A stretch of 64,000 nt of DNA from assembly GCF_006345805.1 (NCBI RefSeq), contig NW_021833930.1, forward strand, positions 7,756 to 71,755, in the 5' to 3' direction. The translations under genes and the position numbers were made by a program. The notes below the pieces were generated by a model, which saw only the letters and a list, made by a program, of their open reading frames with translations, was not told where the DNA came from and did not search any database. Positions 25,571 to 39,794 of the stretch are shown piece by piece. The first letter of the stretch is position 1, and the number at the start of each line of letters is the position of its first letter. The DNA comes from Octopus sinensis (Eukaryota).

Positions 25571-26119
25571 GAACGTGTATGTGTGCGTGTGTGCAGCCAC
25601 CAAATTTTTCTCCCTGAAAGGGGTTTTTCATACCAATATTTACATGCAATTTTTTTTATAGCTTTATATGCTTCGTGATCCTCTGTTCCAATATGCAGTC
25701 TCTTAAAGTTTCTATTACCCGCTTTTCTCGATTTACAATTTCCTCATTTGCTCTCTCTCTCTTTCTCACTCCCTCTGTATTTTTTCTCCCTCTTTCTCAC
25801 TAGTATTTCTTTTTCCCCCTCCCACACTATATAATTTTCAACTTTCGCTCTTTCTTTTCATTTTACTCCCCCCTCTCTCTTTCCCCCTCCCTCGCTCTTC
25901 ATGCAATTCCCTTAAAACTGCCTCTTTTTTTCTGTTCCCTTTCAATAAAAACAGTTTTCTAAACAACCCCATCAACCGTCTCTTTCATTCTTCCTTCTCT
26001 TTCTGGGGATCTTTTCGGTTTGAACGACAGTTTTTTTTCTATCGGTGTCATATGAAATTGTCAAGTGTTGGTGGTGCGGGGTGCAAACACAAGCACACAT
26101 ACACACACACATATATATT

Positions 26120-26573
26120 TACCGTAAATCCTTGAGTATAGTCCGCCCTTGAGTATAATACGCAGGGGATTTTTAGGGGGCTGTTTCTCTGAAAAACCTA
26201 AACCTTGTGTATAACACGCACCACTTCTCTAACTTGAGTTTGTAAAAATGTATACGGTAACGTCCTTTATTATTATTGTATATATAACATACTGCAAACG
26301 TGTAGCTTTTTTGTGCATTTTGTTTGCAGAAAATAAAGAAATAACAGTAATAATGTTTAATAAATGTTGCTAACTGCAAGTTATAGATGATTTAAGGTAT
26401 TTTCGCGCCCAACATCATAAAATGCGTCTGAATAAACATTGCAGACAGCAAATAGAGACTCGGACATTGCTTAGAAAATAATTATTTTTAACCTCGTATA
26501 TCGTACGCACTAGGGATTTTGACCTTTAAATTTTGGGGAAAAAAGTGCGGATTATACTCGAGTATTAACGATA
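26120..26573 (+). mobile_element. Tc2/pogo-like MITE
   Basis: TA-CCGTAAATCC TIR and a degenerate right TIR; homologous to 30882-31405. Confidence 0.85.
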
Positions 26574-26614
26574 TATACATATATGTATGTGTGTGTGTAA
26601 TATATATATATATA

Positions 26615-27140
26615 TCATCATCATCATCATCATCATCATCGTTTAACGTCCGCTTTCCATGCTAGCATGGGTTGGACGATTTTGACTGAGGGCTGGCGAA
26701 CCAGATGGCTGCACCAGGCTCCAATCTTGATCTGGCAGAGTTTCTACAGCTTGATGCCCTTCCTAACGCCAACCACTCCGAGAGTGTAGTGGGTGCTTTT
26801 TACGTGCTACCGGCACGGGGGCCAGTCAGGCGATACTAGCAACGACCTCGTTCGAATCTTTTTTACACGTGCCACTAGCACAGGTTCCAGTGAAGCGACG
26901 TTGCTAACGATCACGCTCGAATGGTGCCCTTTTACGTGTCACGGGTGCGGAAGCCAGTTGGCTGCACTGGCAACGATCACGCTCGGATTGGCACCCTACT
27001 AGCACATGCACAAGTGCCAGTAAGGCGACGCTGGTAACGATCATACTCGAACGGAAGCCGGTTAGCCGCTCTGTCAACGATCACACTTGTATGGTGCTCT
27101 TTGCAACCCGCAAGCACGGATGCCAGTCATCGAATTGATT
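26615..27140 (-). mobile_element. Family D with extended internal subrepeats
   Basis: (CAT)n tail followed by the D body. Confidence 0.85.
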
Positions 27141-27154
27141 CTGGTTTTGATTAT

Positions 27155-27215
<61 letters not shown>

Positions 27216-27414
27216 ATATATATATGACTTAACTATAGATGTGTACCCCCACCCCAACTTGGTGTGCCTCATAACTGCCAGACAAATGGATACATTTTAA
27301 CGAAATTTTCAAACAAATACCGCTTGATGCTGTGGATTCAGAGTATTTAGGGATTTATGGGAAATAATTTTTCCGGAGATGTGAGGAGAGGATTTTCGGA
27401 AAAATTCTCACGAT

Positions 27415-28050
27415 CTATCTATCTGCGGCTTTATATAGCTATGGTAAGACCTCACCTGGAATTGACTGCATCATTTGCATCACCGGTCTGGAACCCCTAT
27501 CTTGCCAGGATATCAATCGTCTGGAAGCTGTTCAGCGACATGCAACCAAAAGAGATACCCTCCATCAGGCATTTGCCATATCCTGAACGCCTTACTTCCC
27601 TGCATGGACACATTGAAACTCCGACGTCTGGCAGCTGACTTGGCAGACACCCATAAAATTATCAACACATCGTACAAACAATAACTCTGAGCACCTTTTC
27701 AAACTCCCCCGTCTAAACCCCCTGGACATATTTACAAGTAAGAAAACACCACAGCTCCCATGACTTCAGGAAACATTTTTCACCTGAGAGTTGCTGAAGC
27801 ATGGAACAAACTGCCGGCATCAGTTGTTAGTTGTCGGAGCATGCATCCTTCAAAACTTCCATGCTTCTGAGATTCGCCAACACTACACTTGATTTTTCCC
27901 TCCCCTCCATACACACACAAGCATGTATCTGACTCATACATTGTTCGCTTCCCAGACATTTCTACTCATTACTACATGTACTTTATATGCACTTCTGACA
28001 AGTTGTGGTTGCACCTGAGCATGTATACCAATAATTTCATTATTATTATT
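27415..28050 (+). mobile_element. 5'-truncated CR1-clade LINE fragment (ORF2 C-terminus, frameshifted) with (ATT)n tail
   Basis: LYIAMVRPHLE...FASPVWNPYLA...EAVQRHATK...HFF.LRVAEAWNKLPASVV. Confidence 0.88.
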
Positions 28051-28119
28051 ATCTAACTTTTTTCCCTCATAACTTTCAGGAAAATGGATATATTTTAATG
28101 AAATTTTATACAAATACCT

Positions 28120-28357
28120 ATTTCTATTTCTTTATTACCCACAAAGGGCTTAACACAGAGGGGACAAACAAGGACAGACATAGGTATTAAGTCGATTACA
28201 TCGACCCCAGTGCGTAACTGGTACTTAATTTATCGACCCCGAAAGGATGAAAGGCAAAGTCGACCTCGGTGGAATTTGAACTCAGAACGTAACGGCAGAC
28301 GAAATACCGCTAAGCATTTCGCCCGGCGTGCTAACGTTTCTGCCAGCTCGCCGCCTT
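28120..28357 (-). mobile_element. Young SINE B with 18-bp TSD
   Basis: AATTTTATACAAATACCT at 28102-28119 and 28358-28375. Confidence 0.95.
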
Positions 28358-28854
28358 AATTTTATACAAATACCTTTCAAACGGCATAGATTACGATTAT
28401 AAAGAAATTTATGAGGAAAATCTTTTTGCAGGGGGTGGTGAGGGGAGTTTCGAAAAAACAGAGTTTTGGATTAGGAAGACCAATGAAGTTGGAACTCTTC
28501 ATACATTTTCCTCAAAGCTGCCTCTCCTTTCTGTTCCCTTTCAATAAAAACGGTTTTCTAAACAACCCCATCCACCGTTTCTTTCATTTTTCCCTTCTCT
28601 TTCTCGTGTTTTCCTTCATTCTTTCTTATTTTTTTCTCACACCATCACTGCCTCTAATTTTCCTATTTGACAGGGATTTTTCGTATTTTTTTTTATTTCA
28701 GCACAGCCTTCAAAATGGTGTGGAGCATCTTTTTATGAAAAAAAAGGGTCTCAAATCCACCGCCCCCTCCCCCACACACATTTTCCTCACCCTCCCACTC
28801 CAGACGGATTTTGGCCAATTTCTTTTTAAACTTAAAAATCATGGAAGGAGCCCT

Positions 28855-29281
28855 TTTCTTTTACTCTTTAACTTGTTTCAGTCATTTGACTGTGGCCATG
28901 CTGGAGCACCGCCTTTAGTCGAGCAAATCGACCCCAGGACTTATACTTTGTAAACCTTGTACTTATTCTATCGGTCTCTTTTGCCAAACCGCTAAGTTAC
29001 GGGGACGTAAACCCACCAGCATCGGTTGTCAAGCGATGTTGGGGGGACAAACACAGACATACAAACGTATGCAAACACACATACATACATCCCCCCATAT
29101 ATATATATATATTCATACATATATACGACTGGCTTCTTTCAGTTTCCATCAACCAAATCCACTCACAAGGCTTTGGTCAGTCCGAAGCTATAGTAGAAGA
29201 CACTTGCCCAAGGTGCCACGCAGTAGGACTGAACTCGGAACTATGTGGTTTGCAAGCAAACTACTTACCACACAGCCACTC
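28855..29281 (-). mobile_element. SINE A, full length
   Basis: A consensus. Confidence 0.9.
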
Positions 29282-29364
29282 GTAAAAAAGATTTAAAAAA
29301 TTAATATTTTCAGGCAAGGCCGATACAGCTTGGCACCATTGACGTCGCAGCTCATTTATTAATG

Positions 29365-29657
29365 TGCAAGTTGCTGAGCACTCCACAGACACGTGTACCC
29401 TTAACGTAGTTCTCGGGGAGATTCAGCGTGACAAGGCTGGCCCTTTGAAATACAGGTACAACAGAAACAGGAAGAAAGAGTGAGAGAAAGTTGTGGTGAA
29501 AGAGTACAGCAGGGTTCACCACCACCCCTGCCGGAGTCTCGTAGAGCTATAGGTGTTTTCGCTCAATAAACACTCAGAATGCCCGGTCTGGGAATCGAAA
29601 CCGCGATCCTACGACCGCGAGTCCGCTGCCCTAACCACTGGGCCATTGCGCATCCAC
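29365..29657 (-). mobile_element. SINE C
   Basis: Reverse complement of 49477-49871, 3'-truncated. Confidence 0.88.
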
Positions 29658-30237
29658 CATATATCTATATATCACCATAATCCAATTATGTACAGCTGTC
29701 TGTCATTTGTCATTCAATCTATTGAAAGTCCTATGGTGGTGAAAGAGTGATGACACATGCAGAGCAAACCACTTGGAAACGTAAAAGTGAGTTACAGCAA
29801 TTCGGCTCACGATTTTAAGGTCGTGAGTTCAATTTCTGGCGATGCCATGTGTCTTTGAGTAAGACACATTATTTTTCATTGCAGACGTAACTGGGATAAC
29901 TCCGACATAAAACCTGCGGCTCAATGGTTACCGATGATGTTGACTTGTTCTTCTTTTCGGATTATGGCTGCTGTTGCTTAGTGAGTGAGATTGACGCAGT
30001 GCACAGCCTTTCCTCACTTCAAAAAATCTTCTTGCACAGGCATTGCACGATAACAACATTGTTCATGATTGTTGATAATGCTGTGAGTATCAACTGAATG
30101 GCTGGCTGTAGCCTTAAAAAGCAAATAAAAGGCACGTTCGATCACAGCACCAATAACAGTTAACCTTCGTGCAATGGCCATACTCGATAACGAGGGAGCA
30201 GCCATCATGTATGTATGTATGTATGTATGTATGTATG

Positions 30238-30268
<31 letters not shown>

Positions 30269-30468
30269 GTATATATGTATGTATGTATGTATGTCATTAT
30301 TCAGTTTTATTTCAAGACTTCCTTCCAATAAGGAAAGAGTTGGATTCTAACCAAGATCCATAATTCCTTCACTGGAATCTCAACAACATCAACAGAGTAT
30401 TTTTGCATGTATGTGTGTGTATATGTGCAGTATTTAGAGTCAATGCATGTGTAGATTTGTATGTTTTG

Positions 30469-30870
30469 TTACCTCTGCCGAGAAAGGTGGTTATGTTTTC
30501 ATCGGCGTTGGGTTTGTACGTCTGTGTGCAAAATAACTCAAAAAGTTGCGAACGGTACATGATGAAACTTGCAGAAAACGTTGGTAATGACACAAGGAAC
30601 AAATGATGAAAGTTTGGTAGATTTATGTATTCTTGGTAGTTTTATGGATTCTTGAAGGATTTTTCATTTGTTGTATTTACTTTACATGACGTTTTACAAC
30701 GTTACGTTCTTTGATTATCTCCCTTGAAAACACGTTCATCGTTTCCACGTAACCTATGGTGGCGTTGCTGTTTTCAATGTTTATTTTCGTTTCTCTATTA
30801 GTAATTTTGCTCGTGTATCTATCTTAAAATGAGCTTGGCAGAGGTCTGCGCTCTCCGAGTGCTTTTCTAG
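30469..30870 (+). mobile_element. Helentron-associated non-autonomous element (HINE/DINE-like)
   Basis: Subterminal inverted repeats cctctgccgag (30472) and cttggcagagg (30834), a 3' hairpin gcgctctccgagtgc, then ttttctag in a T-rich site. Confidence 0.75.
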
Positions 30871-30881
30871 TTTTATGTATG

Positions 30882-31405
30882 TACCGTAAATCTTCGAGTA
30901 TAGTCCGCCCTTGAGTATAGTACGCAGGGAGATTTTTAGGGGGCTGTACCTCTGAAAAACCTAAACCTTGTGTATAATACGCACCCCGTCTCTAACTTGA
31001 GTCAAGGAGGTCTATATAATGTCCTTGGTTTGTAAAAATGTATATGGTAACGTCCTTTATTATTATTGTATATATATAACATAATGCAAATGTGTAGCAT
31101 TTTTGTGCATTTTGTTTGCAGAAAATAAAGAAATAACAATAATAACAGTAATAACGTTTAATAAATGTTGCTTACTGTTATGGATGAGTCTTTTATGACT
31201 TCATTGCTTTCAGGCTTAGCTTAAGGTATTTTCGCGCCCGACATCACAAAATGCGTCTGAATAAACGTTGCCGGACAGCAAATAGAGACTCGGACATTGC
31301 TTAGAAAATAATTTTCATTTTTAACCTCGTATATAGTACGCACTAGGGACTTTGACCTTTAAATTTTTGGGGAAAAATGCGGATCATACTCGAGGATTTA
31401 CGGTA
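30882..31405 (+). mobile_element. Tc2/pogo-like MITE, complete
   Basis: TIRs taccgtaaatcttcgagtata / catactcgaggatttacggta, including TA TSDs. Confidence 0.92.
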
Positions 31406-31453
31406 TTCTCATGCATATATTTGCGTGTTTAGACGTACACATATAAACTTATT

Positions 31454-31708
31454 AAACTTCTGGAAAATTTTACAGATTTTTACAGTTCCAGCGATGGCTT
31501 GGGTCTGTAGTCTTCATATCAGTTTTCCCCTTTCTAGTTTTGAGAAACCTTATTTCTCAATATTGGTATTTAGGTAGTGTTAAACATATCCCAGTGCCCC
31601 AATAATCTGTTATAAATCTGAACTTGTAATCTGAGTCGAGTAACTATACTGCAGATTTCTCAATAGTTCAGCATGGATATTTTCTTTTCTGATGTTTAGC
31701 TTTATATT
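31454..31708 (-). mobile_element. Decayed C-terminus of an RLE-type non-LTR retrotransposon (R4/Dong-like)
   Basis: With frameshifts: KENIHAELLRNLQ...DYKFRFI.IIGALGYV...GFSKLE...RLQTQAIAGTVKICKIF. Family resemblance is from memory. Confidence 0.55.
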
Positions 31709-31805
31709 GAGCTTTTTGTTAACTCATTACAGCCAACAGTCATCCTGCTGCTGGGACTGAGAGACTCCTCGTCATTGATATATACTTCTTTCTAGGAAGA
31801 GGAAA

Positions 31806-32418
31806 TCTTTATATATAAAAGTAAGGTTGTGTGTCTGTCTCCTACGATTTAGATTCCTAACTACTCCACATTTTGCGGTGCAGTTTAACCAAAACCGAGT
31901 ATCTTATAGTCGTGATTCATATCGAGCCCTTCTGGGTATTAGCACGCGTCTACGATGAGTCTACGATTTAAAAAAAAAAATTTACCATCATTTTTTTCCC
32001 ATTTTAATCATTTTTTCGCTATTATATACGGGAAGTAACTCTCTAAAAATGTCTACGATGAGTCAACGATTTAAAAGAAAATTTTCCATAATTTTTTTCC
32101 ATTTTTAAGGCATTTTTTCGCTATTATATAAGGGAAGTAACTCTCTAAAAATGTCTACGATGAGTCAACGATTTAAAAAAAAATTCCATCATTTTTTTTT
32201 TTTTCCCTTTTAAATGCATTTTTTTCGCTATTATATAAGGGAAGTAACTCTCTAAAAATGTCTACGATGAGTCAACGATTAAAAAAAAATTTTCCATCAT
32301 TTTTTTCCCATTTTTAATGCAATTTTTTTTTATTTTGCTTTTTTGGCTATAACTCTCTAAAAATGCTTATATAGTTATTTCCCTTACAAACCCGAGCAAC
32401 GCCGGGCGATACTGCTAG
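31806..32418 (+). mobile_element. Non-autonomous Helitron with an internal ~104-bp tandem repeat (x4)
   Basis: A|TC start, cccgagcaacgccggg hairpin, CTAG|T end. Units start at 31949, 32052, 32154 and 32261. Confidence 0.88.
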
Positions 32419-32637
32419 TTCCGAAATAAAACTTCCCTTCTTGTGAAGCTGGAGATCTTGCTTGTGCATAATTCCGGACTATTTGGTTTTATTGTTGAGT
32501 CTTAGTGATGTTACTGTTGTTGACTGTTATTGACTTTAAATTTTCCGTTTAATGCTTTTCTTATAGCCATTGTCTTTATCTCCTAGGATAAGTCCATTTG
32601 TCAGTGGTGGTCATACTTTGTCTACGAGTTGACAGCC

Positions 32638-34568
32638 ACTATGTATGTATGTATGTATGTATGTATGTATGTATGTATGTATTATGTGTGTATTGTGTAT
32701 GTGTGTATGTAATGTATGTATGGTGTATGTTGTGTATGTATGTATATGTATGTAGTATGTATGTTGTGTATGTATGTGTGTATGTATATATGTATGTATG
32801 TGTGTATGTATGTATGTATGTGTGTATGTGTGTATGTATGTATGTGTGTATGTATGTATGTGTGTATGTATGTATGTATGTATGTAATTATGTATGTATG
32901 CATGTATATATGTATGTGTGTATGTATGTATGTGTGTATGTATGTATGTATGTGTGTATGTATGTGTGTATGTATGTATGTATGTATGTGTGTATGTGTG
33001 TATGTATGTATGTATGTGTGTATGTATGTGTGTATGTATGTATGTATGTATGTATGTATGTATGTATGTATGTGTGTATGTGTGTATGTATGTGTGTGTG
33101 TGTATGTATGTTTGTATGTTTGTATGTATGTATGCATGCATGCATGTATGTATGTGTGTATGTATGTATACATGTATGTATGTATGTATGTGTGTATGTA
33201 TGTATGTATGCATGTATGTATGTATGTAGGTAGGTAGGCAGGTGTGTATATGCATGTATATATGTATGGATGGATGAATGCATGCATGTATACATGAGTG
33301 TATGCATGCATATATGCATGTATCTGTGCATGCATGCAAGAAGCATGCATGTACGTACGTACTTATGTATGTATGTATGTATCTGGTCATTTGTATGTAT
33401 AGTTTTCCATGCATGTACGTATGTACGTACGTACGTATGTATGCATGTATGTATGTATGTATGTATGTACGTACGTATGCATGTATGTATGTATGTATGT
33501 ATGTATGTATGTATGTATGTATGTATGTATGTATGTATGTTGTAACGTTCGTACGCATGTATGTATGTATGTATGTATGTAATGTATGCATGCATGTATG
33601 TATGTGTATGTATGTATGTATGTATGTATGTATGTATGTATGTATATGTATGTGTGTGTGTAATGTATGTATGTATGTATGTGTATGTATGTACGTAACG
33701 TACGCATGTTGTATGTATGTTAGTGTATGTATGTATGTATGTATGTATGTTGTATGTACTTACGTACGCATATGTATGTATGTATGTAATGTATGTATGT
33801 ATGTATGTATGTATGTATGTACGTATGTATGCATGTATGTATGTATGTATGTATGCATGTATGTATGTATGTATGTACGTGTATGCATGTATGTATGTAT
33901 GTATGTAATTATGTACGTCGTATGCATGTATGTATGTATGTATGTATTGTATTTACGACGTACTTATGTATGCATGTATGTATGTATGTATGTATGTATG
34001 TACGTATACGTATGTATGCATGTATGTAGTATGTATGCATGTATGTATGTATGTATGTTGTATGTATGTATGTATGTATGTATGTACGTACGTACGTATG
34101 TATGCATTATGTTGTATGTATGTATGTATGTATGTATGTATGTATGTATGTATGTATGTAGTATGTATGTATGTATGTAGTTGTATGTATGTATGTATGT
34201 ACGTATGTATGTATGTATGTAGTACGTATGCATGTATGTATGTATGTATGTATGTATGTATGTATGTATGTATGTATGTATGTACGTATGTATGCATGTA
34301 TGTATGTATGTATGTATGTACGTACGTACGTATGTATGCATGTACGTATGTATGTATGTATGTATGTATGTATGTATGTATGTATGTATGTATGTATGTA
34401 CGTACGTATGCATGTATGTATGTATGTATGTATGTATGTATGTATGTATGTATGTATGTATGTATGTATGTACGTAATTATGTATGTATGTATGTATGCA
34501 TGTATGTATGTATGTATGTACGTACGTATGTATGTATGTATGTATGTATGTATGTATGTATGTATGTA
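32638..34568. repeat. ~1.9-kb (TATG)n array with TACG/TGCA/TGTG variants
   Basis: Direct reading. Confidence 0.98.
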
Positions 34569-34839
34569 CCTGTTCATTTCTCTGCATGTATACTTTTCCA
34601 TCTAGGCCACAATCTAATGAGGCGAATCAACTTCGAAGTCACTATCAGCAATTTCATGCAAAAACAAAATTTTATCTTCAACTTGTATGCCTTGAATGCT
34701 CTTTCAGTGATAACTTTGTTTGTGTTGATGCATGGTTTTACACAAAATAAACATTTTCATATCTAGCTATCTCCAGAATTTCCTTTTTCCGATAACGTAC
34801 ATCGCTGAGAAACGTCTCCTCTCTCTCTCTCTCTATCTA

Positions 34840-34875
<36 letters not shown>

Positions 34876-34944
34876 TCTCATTCTTCTTGATATTCTTCTC
34901 CTTCATCTCCTCTCCCCTTCCTTCTCCTCCTCCACCTCCTCCCC

Positions 34945-35210
34945 TTTATCATCATCATCATCGTCATCACCATCATCATCACCATCACCATCATCACCGT
35001 CATCATCACCATCATCATCACCATCACCATCACCATCATCGTCGTCACCACCACCACCACCACCACCACCACCATCACCATCATCATCATCATCATCATC
35101 ATCATCACCACCATCACCCCACCATCACCACCACCATCATCATCACCATCATCATCACCATCATCATCACCATCATCATCACCATCATCGTCGTCACCAC
35201 CACCACCACC

Positions 35211-35271
<61 letters not shown>

Positions 35272-35345
35272 CCACCACCATCACCACCATCACCACCACC
35301 ATCATCACCATCATCATCACCATCATCATCATCATCGCCTCCGCC
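34945..35345. repeat. (CAT/CAC)n trinucleotide array
   Basis: Direct reading. Confidence 0.97.
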
Positions 35346-35759
35346 ACCGCTGCAAACAAGCTAGTTTCTACTTTATGGACTGCCCCCCCCCCTCCGCTAA
35401 CGTAAAACTGCATTTCGTAAACATCTTGTCATATGGTTGGAGTTCTCCAATGCGAAAGAAACATATTTTCCCCTTGACGTCCGTATTCACCAACTTCTAT
35501 AGAACACAGAGAATTTGTTATTGTTATATTTGGGGGATGGACATATTTTGCCAATTAAACACGTGCACTATATAATTCGTCTTCACTTCAGATTTATTAT
35601 TATTATTATTATCTTTATCAATTTAGTTTCTATGACAAAAGCTCTTTCGTCACACCTCCTGTGACCTCTTCAATGACACGACTCTTTATCCTGTTTCCGC
35701 TTGGTCTCTATTTATTCCATTCTCTAATTCAAGCGGCAAAACATGGCCATCCCCTAGTA

Positions 35760-36187
35760 TCTTTCTTTACTCTTTTACTCGTTTCAGTCATTTGACTGTG
35801 GCCATGCTGGAGCACCGCCTTTAGTCAGAGCAAATCGACCCCTGGACTTATTCTTTGTAAGCCTAGTACTTATTCTATCTGGCTCTTATGTCGAACAGCT
35901 AGGTCACGGGGATGTAAACACAGCAGCATCGGTTGTCAAGCGATGTTGGGGGGACAAACACAGACACACAAATACACACATACACATACATACATATGTA
36001 CATATATACGATGGGCTTCTTTCAGTTTCGGTCTACCAAATCCACTCACAAGGCATTGGTCGGCCCGAGGCTATAGTAGAAGACACTTGCTCAAGTTACG
36101 GGGACGTAAACACACCAGCATCGGTTGTCAAACGATGTTGGGAGACAAACACAGACACACAAAAATACACACACGCACACACACATG

Positions 36188-36231
<44 letters not shown>

Positions 36232-36402
36232 CACATATATACGACGGGCTTCTTTCAGTTTCCGTCTACCAAATCCACTCACAAGTCTTTGGTCGGCCCA
36301 AGGCTATAGTAGAAGACACTTGCCCAAGGTGCCACGCAGTGGGACTGAACCCGGAACCATGTGGTTGGTAAGCAAGCTACTTACCACACAGCCACTCCTA
36401 CG
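35760..36402 (-). mobile_element. SINE A with an internal tandem duplication
   Basis: Central block around the microsatellite is present twice. Confidence 0.88.
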
Positions 36403-37639
36403 CGTGTAACAATATCTGTTTCCACACGATTTCACATCAAGAAACTGGCAAAACAATTACATAAATGTAATTTAGAATTTAATAAATATAGACCAATCTC
36501 AACCAGAATACAAGTTTTTCTAGAACGCAGTACCTTGCTGATTCGGGGAATGCCTGTATATACGATTTATCTCTCCAGACTATTTATAAATTTCTTCAGT
36601 TACTAAATTTTGCAGCTGGGGAATACCTCGTGGGTGAGAGGGGTGTTTTGCATACTTAATACAAATACGGTAAAGTTTTACCTATCTGCACATACCTCTT
36701 GATTATCTTCTTCCTAACTTCATTTCTAGCCTTCAGTTATATTTTTCAGCTTATTTCTCTCTCGTATCTCAGTCAGACAACTGTTCTCTCTCCCTCTTTC
36801 TCTCTCCCATCTCTCTGTCTTATACATAATTACATACATACATGCATACATACATACATACATAGGATAAATGTAAAAAAAACACAAACTGGGACAAGAA
36901 CGCAAAACATTTAGAAGACGATACAAAAAAACGAACGGGACATTCGAAGCCTTCGATCTTCAGTCAAAAACCGGATCATCTTCGCAATTTCGACTGATTA
37001 ATTTTGAGATTGCTCCGACCTGGCCAGCCCCAAAGGAAAATCTAAGCCAAGCGCATTAGATTCCTTGGAAGAAAGCCTCGAATGTATACAAAACAAGGAC
37101 GGGAACGAATAAGAATACAAAAATACGTAAAAATAATAATGATAACACGAATAAGAATACGAAAATACGTAAATACAATAATGATAATAATAATGATAAC
37201 AAAAACAGGACGTTACAGACAGGTGTCTTTTCGACAGGACGGGTGAACTTGAGCTTGCGCATTGAAAAATTGCCCAAAGGCGAAGAGAGGAACAAATACG
37301 AGAGAGAGGCGGGAGTATATAAATAGATAGATAGATAGTAGAATAAGAAAAAGAGAATCCTTGGTAAAGTATTATATATTACAAAAAAAAATGAATAGAA
37401 AAGGCTTTTTATAAGTTTATACACACACACACGCACACACACACACACGCACCACACACACACACACATATACACATATGTACTTGTGTGTGTGTATACA
37501 TATATATATGTGTGTGTGTATATATATATATATCTATATATATATATATATAATAATAATTTGAGGGAATATTATTCCTAACATACAGGGATAAATTCAA
37601 TTTAGAAATACTAAATCAAATTTAACAAAATATAATATA

Positions 37640-37699
<60 letters not shown>

Positions 37700-37705
37700 T
37701 ATATA

Positions 37706-37917
37706 TGAGTGGATTTGGTAGAAGGAAACTGAAAGAAGCCCATATATGTATATTTTTGTGTTTGCGTTGGTACGTTCCCCACCATCACTTGACAAGCGAT
37801 GCTGGTGTGCTTACATCCCCGTAACTTAGCAGTTCAGTAAAATAGACTGATAGAATAAGTACTAGGCTTACAAAGAATAAGTCCTGAGGTCAATTTGTTC
37901 AACTAAGGGCGGTGCTT
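37706..37917 (+). mobile_element. SINE A, partial
   Basis: A consensus. Confidence 0.8.
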
Positions 37918-37931
37918 ATATATATATATAT

Positions 37932-37962
<31 letters not shown>

Positions 37963-38002
37963 TATATATATATATATATTATACACACACATATATATAT
38001 CT

Positions 38003-38349
38003 GAGACCCCTCCCTCTTCAGTCACGGCACCGGCACAGACCATGGGATTGCACCTAGGAAGTACCTTCCCAGGCACAAGTCCGGTCAAGGTTGTTTATGG
38101 AAGGCCAGCAGTCGCCCATGCAACCAGCCTCCCCTTTCCACACCACTGATGTTATCCAAGAGAAAGGCAAAAGCCGATACAGCTTGGCATCAGTGACGTT
38201 GCAACTCCTTTCTACAGCTGAGGAAACTGGAGCAACGTGAAATAAAGTGTCTTACTCAAGAATACAACATGCAGTCCAGTCCGGGATTCGAACTCACACC
38301 CTCACGGTCTTAAGCTCGGCGCTCTAACCACTGAGCCATGCTCCTTCAC
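38003..38349 (-). mobile_element. tRNA-derived SINE H
   Basis: Head ggctcagtggttagagcg...gagttcgaatccc; shares its middle domain with 42278 and 51080. Confidence 0.88.
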
Positions 38350-38398
38350 ACACACATACACACACACATATATATGTATATATATATGTATATATATA

Positions 38399-38700
38399 TA
38401 GGGAAGCTTTATGAAAATAGACAAAAGACGAAGGCAGGTGGGAAACAAACAAACAATTGTATTAGTATGGCGCTCAGGAAATATAAATAAAACAAGTCTT
38501 TAACGTTTCGAGCCTACGCTCTTCAACAGAAAGATACACAGAAAAGAAACACGGAAAGAAACAAGGAGAGAAAAAAAATGCGTGCAGAAGCTAGCGAATC
38601 AACATGGCGATCTGATTTCAGCCAGAGGTCAAAGATCAAACATGAAACGCGAGAGCGAAATAAGGGGAGATAATAGGGTTGATAATAGGGTTGAATGACC
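38399..38700 (-). mobile_element. Family P1 repeat
   Basis: Reverse complement of 150-352, plus extra 5' sequence. Confidence 0.7.
38497..38534 (-). ncRNA. Minimal hammerhead-like motif with CUGUUGA core
   Basis: tcttt-CTGTTGA-a-gagc(gtag)gctc-GAAAC-GTT-aaaga; 5-bp stem I. Confidence 0.55.
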
Positions 38701-38725
38701 AGCTATTAGTGCGTATATGTATATA

Positions 38726-38781
<56 letters not shown>

Positions 38782-38804
38782 ATATATATATGTATATATA
38801 TATG

Positions 38805-38858
<54 letters not shown>

Positions 38859-39004
38859 GTATATATATATAGATATATATATATATATATATATAATATA
38901 TATATATATATGTGTGTATATATATATATATTATATACACACAAACACACACACACACATTTATATACATATATATATATATAATATATATAATATATAT
39001 ATAT

Positions 39005-39170
39005 ATACGACGGTCTTCCTTCAGTTTCTGTCCACCAAATCCACTCACAATGCTTTGGTCAGCCCAAGGCTATAGTAGAAGATACTTGCGCAAGGTGCTA
39101 CGCAGTGGGACTGAACCTGGAACAATGTGGTTGGTAAGCAAGCTACTTACCACACACCCACTCTTGCGCC
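39005..39170 (-). mobile_element. SINE A, 5' half
   Basis: A consensus. Confidence 0.85.
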
Positions 39171-39794
39171 TGTATATATCACACACACATTCATGTATAC
39201 ATAGAATACAAGATATGTATGTGTGTGTGTGTGTGCGTGTTTGTGTATGCAGGTCATCGTCGACTTATGACCTATCTGATTTACGACTGATCAACTTTAC
39301 TACGATTGCCGCCGCGCCAGCTCCTGGCAATAATGATAAATAGCCTTGTTGAAATGTAATGGGTTTATTTCCTTAGAAATTAACCTGTTTACGGATGACG
39401 CCTGCTGGGTTCAGCTATTCTGCATTGATAAATGGCAAATACCCTGAAACATGTCTCCAGATGCCTGACCAGCAAGGAGAAGTGGCTGACCTCCCCTGTT
39501 CGAAGGTTATAATGGACACAGGTTCGTGTGTCATATAGCTAGCTAGAAGTGATGGCCTCTTGGAGCTAATCAATAGCAGCTTTTGTCCTATATTTATGGA
39601 CATCATATTAGCTTGGTGATAACTGTTAATTTCTAGTACCGCTACTGTAGTCTCCTTAGACTTAGAAAAAGTAATATTTCTATTATATATATATATATAT
39701 ATATATATATTTCTATTATATATATATATATATTTCTATTATATATATACATATATATATATACATATATATATTATAGCACTGCTTGACTGGC

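Noticed and set aside
34887-35405. Poly-His protein ORF
   Set aside because: A pure (CAT/CAC)n expansion with no flanking coding context.
36935-36970. Minus-strand CTGAAGA...GAATGTC as a hammerhead
   Set aside because: Lacks GAAA/A15.1 and stem I; cannot be folded canonically.
39375-39535. Possible exon, or an RT LFTDD motif
   Set aside because: Motif spacing is wrong for a reverse transcriptase and there is no recognisable protein match.
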